The notes beneath the pieces are model-generated. The model was not told the DNA's origin, did not search any database, and saw only the letters and a list, made by a program, of their open reading frames with translations. Shown in pieces: positions 57,543-64,000 of a stretch of DNA of 64,000 bases. The DNA is from an uncultured delta proteobacterium (GTDB lineage: Bacteria; Desulfobacterota; Binatia; DP-6). Each line of letters begins with the position of its first letter. Positions within the stretch are counted from its first letter, which is position 1. Position numbers and translations under genes: made by a program. Location of the stretch: contig CAWFFN010000012.1 in the NCBI GenBank assembly GCA_963815115.1, positions 320,001 through 384,000 on the forward strand. The letters are read 5' to 3'.

Positions 57543-58742
57543 CTACTGCGACGGCGGCGCCGCGTTCGGCGTCACCGTGGCCATGACCGTGCCGGCGCCC
57601 GCGTCCGCGATCTCCAGCTTCACGTCGCCGCCCGGCTGATTCGCACCGACCGCCGCGCGCAGCTCCTGGGCGAGGCGGTCCGTGAACTTTCCCCGCACCT
57701 CCGGGGGCATGGCGGCCATGGGAAAGTTCTGCACCACGACGCGCGCGCTGCCGGGCCCGTTCCAGTCGATCCGGACGATACGGTCGCCCATGATCGGCGC
57801 GGCGCGCAGCCGCTTCTCGACGTCCTCCTGGAACGGCGAGCGCGGGCGCGTATCGGCGGCGGGAGGAGACGGAGAGGGGCCGGCGGCGGCCACGGACGGC
57901 GGGGCCGTGGCGGGCCGTTCGCCGGTGAGCCGCCCCATCATCTCGTCGATCTGCTGTCGCACCTTGTCGTCGGTGGCGAGTGCTCGCGCCTGCTTGAACT
58001 CGCCGAGCGCCGCCTTCGCGTCGCCGAGCTGCGCGTGGGCGACGGCCAGGTTGTAGTGTGCCTGGAGGAAGTCGGGGTGCTTGGCGAGGACGTCCCGGTA
58101 GGTCGCCATCGCCTTCGGGGCGTCGCCGGCCGAGAGGTACATGGTGGCCAGGTCCGTGCGGGCGCTCGGGTCGTCGCCCGCGAGGGTCAGATAGCGCTCG
58201 AAGAGCGGGATCGCCTGCTTGTGATCGCCCTCGTCGTAGAAGACGTCCGCCTTGCCGTGGATCGCCTCGGGATCGCCGGGATCGCGGGCGAGGACGTGCT
58301 CGAACGCGGCCAGCGCCTTCGGGTCGTACGAGGAGTCGAGCTGTCCGGCGCGCGCGTAGACCTTGCCGAGACGGATCCACAGGTCCTTGTCGTCCGGAGC
58401 CGCGGCGGCCTTCTTCGCCAGATCGTCGATGAAGGTCTTCACCTCCGCCGGCAGCTCGAGCGGCGGTGCCGCGGCGGTCTGATCCGAGTCGGCCTGGGCC
58501 GCACCGGCGCTCGGCCCGCGCCCCGGCGCGGGCTTGGGCGGCGTCGGCGACAGGATCGCCGCCCAGATGGCGAGCCCGGACACCAGCAGCAACCCGAACA
58601 CCGAGAGGCCTGCCGTGGTGACCTGCCAGCCGCTCGCGGCCGCCGTGGCGGCCCGACCGTCGAGTGGGAAGCCGCACTCCGAGCAGAACTTCGCGCCCGG
58701 GGTCACCTTCGTGCCGCACTGCGAGCAGAAACGAGCGAGCAT
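57543..58742 (-). CDS. Double zinc-ribbon, TM and TPR protein
   Basis: CSQCG/CSECG, hydrophobic helix, TPRs (e.g. AHYNLAVAHAQLG), Pro-rich linker. Confidence 0.8.
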   Translation of the reverse strand: MLARFCSQCGTKVTPGAKFCSECGFPLDGRAATAAASGWQVTTAGLSVFGLLLVSGLAIWAAILSPTPPKPAPGRGPSAGAAQADSDQTAAAPPLELPAEVKTFIDDLAKKAAAAPDDKDLWIRLGKVYARAGQLDSSYDPKALAAFEHVLARDPGDPEAIHGKADVFYDEGDHKQAIPLFERYLTLAGDDPSARTDLATMYLSAGDAPKAMATYRDVLAKHPDFLQAHYNLAVAHAQLGDAKAALGEFKQARALATDDKVRQQIDEMMGRLTGERPATAPPSVAAAGPSPSPPAADTRPRSPFQEDVEKRLRAAPIMGDRIVRIDWNGPGSARVVVQNFPMAAMPPEVRGKFTDRLAQELRAAVGANQPGGDVKLEIADAGAGTVMATVTPNAAPPSQ

Positions 58743-58896
58743 CGCAGGCGACAATATCGGAGGGCGGCGGGGGGTCAAAAGGGTGGGCACGCAAACGACA
58801 GTAAGGTCTTCATGCCAGCGCGCCGGATGGCGGGTTTACGTGCCACTCCGGCCGGGAGTCAAACGGCTCGACCGCGTTCGGGTGCCGGAACGGCGA

Positions 58897-58929
58897 ACGG
58901 CGGAGGGGTCCGAAGACCCGCTCCGCCGT
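58897..58929 (-). terminator. Hairpin downstream of glnA (C-UUCG-G tetraloop)
   Basis: 14-bp stem with one bulge; U-tract weak. Confidence 0.6.
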
Positions 58930-58966
58930 CGCAGGAGAACGGACCCGCGCTGCGCGCGGCTCCGGA

Positions 58967-60424
<1,458 letters not shown>

Positions 60425-60474
60425 GCACACGCCTCCTGCTGTGAGCTACCGCTCGGTCTGTGGGGTCAGTGGGG

Positions 60475-60855
<381 letters not shown>

Positions 60856-60907
60856 CTAATCGAAGGATTCTCCGCTTGTAAACCCGCTCGCTGCACGTGC
60901 TCCTCGT

Positions 60908-62317
60908 TCAGCGCCGCTCCGCCGCAGCGCTTCCTCCGATGGGCTCGTATCCGCCGGCGCTCGCCGCCAGCACGTACGCGCTCTCGCTGTGCTGCGAGAG
61001 GTCGAGGCCCGCGGACTCCGAGTCCTCGTCGACCCGGATGCCGCCGGTGAGCAGCCCGGCGATGCCGAGACACGCCAGCGTCCCGACGATCGCGATCCCG
61101 TACGTGACCAGGATCGCCGCCACCTGCGTGAGCAGGAGACCGGTCTCGCCCGACACCAGGAGGCCCTGCGTGGTGACCGCCGGGTTGATCGACGTCGACG
61201 CCCACAGGCCGGTCGCGATCGCTCCCCATGTCCCGCCCACGCCGTGCACGCCGACCACGTCGAGCGCGTCGTCGTACCAGCCGAGGACGGTTTTCAGGTT
61301 GCACGCTGCGTAGCACAGGACGCCGGCGACGGCTCCGATCGCGAGCGCGGGCATCGGCGCCACGAATCCCGACGCGGGCGTGATCGCGACGAGTCCCGCG
61401 ACGGCGCCGCTCGCGGCGCCGAGGACCGTCGGCTTTCCCCGGCCGATCCACTCCGCGAACATCCAGGCCAATGCCGCCGCCGCCGTCGCGGTGTTGGTGA
61501 CGACGAAGGCGCTCACCGCCAGCCCGTTGGCGGCGAGTGCGCTGCCCGCGTTGAAGCCGAACCAGCCGAACCAGAGGAGCGCGGCGCCCGTCAACACGAA
61601 GGGCAGGTTGTGCGGAGGCATGGGCTCGGAGCCGTAGCCGAGCCGTCTGCCGATGACGAAGGCGCACACCAGCGCGGACACGCCCGAGCTGATGTGGACC
61701 ACCGTGCCGCCGGCGAAGTCGAGCGCGCCCCAGACCTTGCCGAGGAGGCCGCCGGTGCCCCAGACCATGTGCGCCAGCGGGTCGTAGACCAGGGTCGCCC
61801 ACAGGAGGGAGAAGAGAAGGAAGGCGCTGAACTTCATGCGCTCCGCGAACGCGCCGGTCATGAGCGCCGGCGTGATGATGGCGAACATGCACTGGTAGAT
61901 CATGAAGGCCTGGTGCGGGATGGTCGGGGCGTAGTCGGCGTTCGGCTCGAGGCCGACGCTGCGCAGCCCCAGCCAGTCGAGCCCTCCGAGCACGTGCGCG
62001 TGATCGGGACCGAAGGCCAGACTGTACCCCCACAGCACCCACTGGACGCTGATGAGAGCGATCATGATGAAACTCTGCATCAGCAGGTTGAGCACGTTCT
62101 TGCTGCGGACGAGGCCGCCGTAGAACAGTGCGAGCCCGGGGGCGGTCATCATGAGGACGAGCGCCGCCGAGGTGAGCATCCAGGCGGTGTCTCCGGAATC
62201 GATCTTTGGCTCCTCGGCCGCCCAGGCTTGCATGGCGAACGCCAGCACCACGCCGGCCGACACGAGCGCGCCCATCGTCTTCGACGGTAACGTCACCTTC
62301 CTCCTGGGTCCGCGCAT
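60908..62317 (-). CDS. amtB: Ammonium transporter
   Basis: DTAWML..ALV..M..PGLALFYGG, DFAGGTVVH, LLWFGWFGFNAGS, DDALDV..VHG. Confidence 0.96.
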   Translation of the reverse strand: MRGPRRKVTLPSKTMGALVSAGVVLAFAMQAWAAEEPKIDSGDTAWMLTSAALVLMMTAPGLALFYGGLVRSKNVLNLLMQSFIMIALISVQWVLWGYSLAFGPDHAHVLGGLDWLGLRSVGLEPNADYAPTIPHQAFMIYQCMFAIITPALMTGAFAERMKFSAFLLFSLLWATLVYDPLAHMVWGTGGLLGKVWGALDFAGGTVVHISSGVSALVCAFVIGRRLGYGSEPMPPHNLPFVLTGAALLWFGWFGFNAGSALAANGLAVSAFVVTNTATAAAALAWMFAEWIGRGKPTVLGAASGAVAGLVAITPASGFVAPMPALAIGAVAGVLCYAACNLKTVLGWYDDALDVVGVHGVGGTWGAIATGLWASTSINPAVTTQGLLVSGETGLLLTQVAAILVTYGIAIVGTLACLGIAGLLTGGIRVDEDSESAGLDLSQHSESAYVLAASAGGYEPIGGSAAAERR

Positions 62318-62354
62318 AGGTCTTCCCCCCCCTTGGTGCGGAAAAGTAGAGCGG

Positions 62355-62370
62355 AGCAACCGCGGTGCCA
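62355..62370 (-). promoter_or_regulatory. Sigma54 promoter of amtB-glnB-glnA
   Basis: Minus strand TGGCAC-CGCGG-TTGCT. Confidence 0.85.
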
Positions 62371-62432
62371 GGCTGGCCCGCTCCGGCCGCTCCGGAAATC
62401 CCTCGAGAAGTCTCTCGTACGCCGCGAGGAGT

Positions 62433-62468
62433 TGCCCATCACACGAGCATCTGCTCACGGGAAAGGCA
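62433..62468. promoter_or_regulatory. Two NtrC-like boxes TGC-N11-GCA
   Basis: TGCCCATCACACGAGCA (62433-62449) and TGCTCACGGGAAAGGCA (62452-62468). Confidence 0.65.
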
Positions 62469-62631
62469 GCCGTCACGCCCGGCCTTCGCGGAGACGCATC
62501 ATGCCGCCTCGATGAAGCGGGGTGCCGTTGCACCGACGACCGGTGGCTGACGTGGGCGAGCAGCACGGGTAGCGCCCCCTTGAGCACGTTGGCGACCAGC
62601 GTAGCAAGCCCTAGATCCGCCGCCGGGACTC

Positions 62632-63102
62632 CTACACGCGGATGCGCTGACGCCGATCGCGCCAGCGCTGGGTCAGCCTGCTCCCGACCCAGCCCAGGGC
62701 GGCTCCGAGAGAGAGGAATACCGCCGCCGCGGCCCCTCCACCGCTCCTCCCGCGGTCGGGCGGTGCGACGGGCGCCGCTTCGCCGCCAGGTGGCGCGCTG
62801 CCGAGCCGTCGCTCCGTCTCCCCCTGCACGTCGGTCAGCTTGCCAATCTCCTTACGAAGCGCGGCCGCGTCCGCCGCCGCCCCATCCGCGCGCTGCTTCA
62901 ACGTCTCGACGTCAGATCGGAGGATGCGGAGCTCGTCGGCGATCCAGGTCTGGCCGGCGGGCGCGGGAGCCGGCGCGGCCGCGGGCGTCGGCGGCGCGGC
63001 CTTGGGCGGCGCCGCGCCCGCCGGCTCGGCGAAGATGAGCGGAAGGGCGAGGGCCCCCGCCGCTCCGATCCTCCGTGACGCCCTCCTCACCCGGATCTTC
63101 AC
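62632..63102 (-). CDS. Hypothetical protein: signal peptide, coiled coil, C-terminal TM with basic tail
   Basis: Architecture visible in translation; directly downstream of tRNA-Pro. Confidence 0.6.
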   Translation of the reverse strand: MKIRVRRASRRIGAAGALALPLIFAEPAGAAPPKAAPPTPAAAPAPAPAGQTWIADELRILRSDVETLKQRADGAAADAAALRKEIGKLTDVQGETERRLGSAPPGGEAAPVAPPDRGRSGGGAAAAVFLSLGAALGWVGSRLTQRWRDRRQRIRV

Positions 63103-63126
63103 CTCACGACCGGTACACCTGCGAGA

Positions 63127-63204
63127 TGGTCGGGGTGACTGGATTTGAACCAGCGACTCCTGCGTCCCGAACGCAGTGCTCTAGCCAGGCTGAGCTACAC
63201 CCCG
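63127..63204 (-). tRNA. tRNA-Pro(CGG)
   Basis: CGGGGTG acceptor stem, TAGCTCAGCCTGG D-arm, CTGCG-TTCGGGA-CGCAG anticodon arm, GGTTCAAATCC T-loop, encoded CCA. Confidence 0.95.
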
Positions 63205-63355
63205 TGCAATGCCCGCCGACGTGAGGCTAGGCGAGTAACACAGGCGCTCGGGAAAGGGAAGATTGCACCGGAGGGCGTGACGGATCGTTGCGGCGGGTGA
63301 TTCAGGGACGACCCCGGGAACACCCGCACGCGTGGAAACAAAGGCACCGGAAGGC

Positions 63356-63371
63356 TGGAACAGGGCTTGCG
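63356..63371 (+). promoter_or_regulatory. Sigma54-like promoter upstream of comEA
   Basis: TGGAAC-AGGGC-TTGCG. Confidence 0.55.
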
Positions 63372-63426
63372 ATCCATCGCGCTCATGCGGCGCCCGCAGA
63401 GGCGCCAAGGGGAGAAGGAGGTTGGC

Positions 63427-63747
63427 ATGAGGCGATTCAGGAGAGCGGCGGTGGGGCTCCTCTGCGGGCTCGTACTCCTCGGCACGGGAGCCGTGGCAGC
63501 GCCTTCGGGGCCAGAGATGGGTGGCAGCAAGGTCAACGTCAACACGGCCTCGGCCGCCGAGCTGGCCGGCCTGCCGGGAATCGGACCGTCGAAGGCCCAG
63601 GCGATCGTGGAGCACCGGGCCAAGGAGCCGTTCACTCGCGCGGAAGACCTCCGTAAGGTCAAGGGCATCGGGCCGAAGCTCTACGACACGATCCGCGAGC
63701 AGATCACCGTCGGCGACGCTCCTGCGCCGTCGGGCCGCGGCGGCTGA
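63427..63747 (+). CDS. comEA: ComEA-family helix-hairpin-helix DNA-binding protein
   Basis: AAGGAGG SD; signal peptide; VNVNTAS..EL..LPGIGPSKA..IV..R, VKGIG. Confidence 0.88.
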   Translation: MRRFRRAAVGLLCGLVLLGTGAVAAPSGPEMGGSKVNVNTASAAELAGLPGIGPSKAQAIVEHRAKEPFTRAEDLRKVKGIGPKLYDTIREQITVGDAPAPSGRGG

Positions 63748-63827
63748 GCCGCGGCGTGTGGCCGGATTCGGGGGGCGGGCCGACTAACACGGGCGGGCGG
63801 TCCGTCCCCCCCGGCCTGGCCACGAAG

Positions 63828-64000
63828 CTACCTGGGCCGGGTGGCTTCGTGGCGAAGCGCGTGATCGACGAGGACGAGCGCGGCCATGGCCTCGACCATC
63901 GGGACCGCGCGCGGCAGCACGCAGGGATCGTGTCGACCCCGTCCGGTGATGGTCGTGTCCTCACCCTGCGCGCTCACGGTCGCCTGCTCGCGCATCACCG
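63828..64000 (-). CDS. aroC: Chorismate synthase, 3' end only
   Basis: [28 protein letters not shown] signature; TAG at 63828-63830. Confidence 0.92.
   Translation of the reverse strand, partial: VMREQATVSAQGEDTTITGRGRHDPCVLPRAVPMVEAMAALVLVDHALRHEATRPR

Noticed and set aside
63127-63204. tRNA-Pro as an integration site
   Set aside because: No integrase and no duplicated tRNA 3' end seen in the window

Overview
GC-rich (about 70%) Gram-negative bacterial DNA. It carries outer-membrane efflux factors, lspA, sigma54 promoters and many 'actinobacterial-type' lipid/redox genes, which would fit a Candidatus Binatota / deltaproteobacterial-like organism (inference only). The window has two halves. 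The first (1 to ~30.7 kb) is an accessory, partly decaying envelope/stress region. It holds a translationally coupled 4-gene DyP-peroxidase operon, three MetA/SphA-type barrel-like proteins, two tandem lipoprotein phospholipase D genes split by an intact IS1380 (CTAG target duplication), two SulP transporters, an AI-2E/OMF/HlyD/DUF2955/K-channel operon and an RND pump with an unusual insertion. It also holds remnants of an IS110 transposase, a Ca2+/H+ antiporter and a DUF502 copy. The second half (~30.7-64 kb) looks like core genome: NUDIX, mobA, sirtuin, DUF35-thiolase, two tandem adenylate cyclases, a hybrid kinase, ileS-lspA, mrp, Smr, TetR-AurF-like, amtB-glnB-glnA with a sigma54 promoter and NtrC-like boxes, tRNA-Pro(CGG), comEA and the 3' end of aroC. 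There are two best candidates for undescribed systems. One is an SCP2-like + catalytic/degenerate ferritin-like di-iron pair + Gfo/Idh/MocA operon with a divergent ferredoxin (53.3-57.5 kb). The other is the DyP operon with a cysteine-less flavoprotein disulfide-reductase homolog (0.8-5.2 kb). All family assignments come from reading motifs by eye; no database searches were run.
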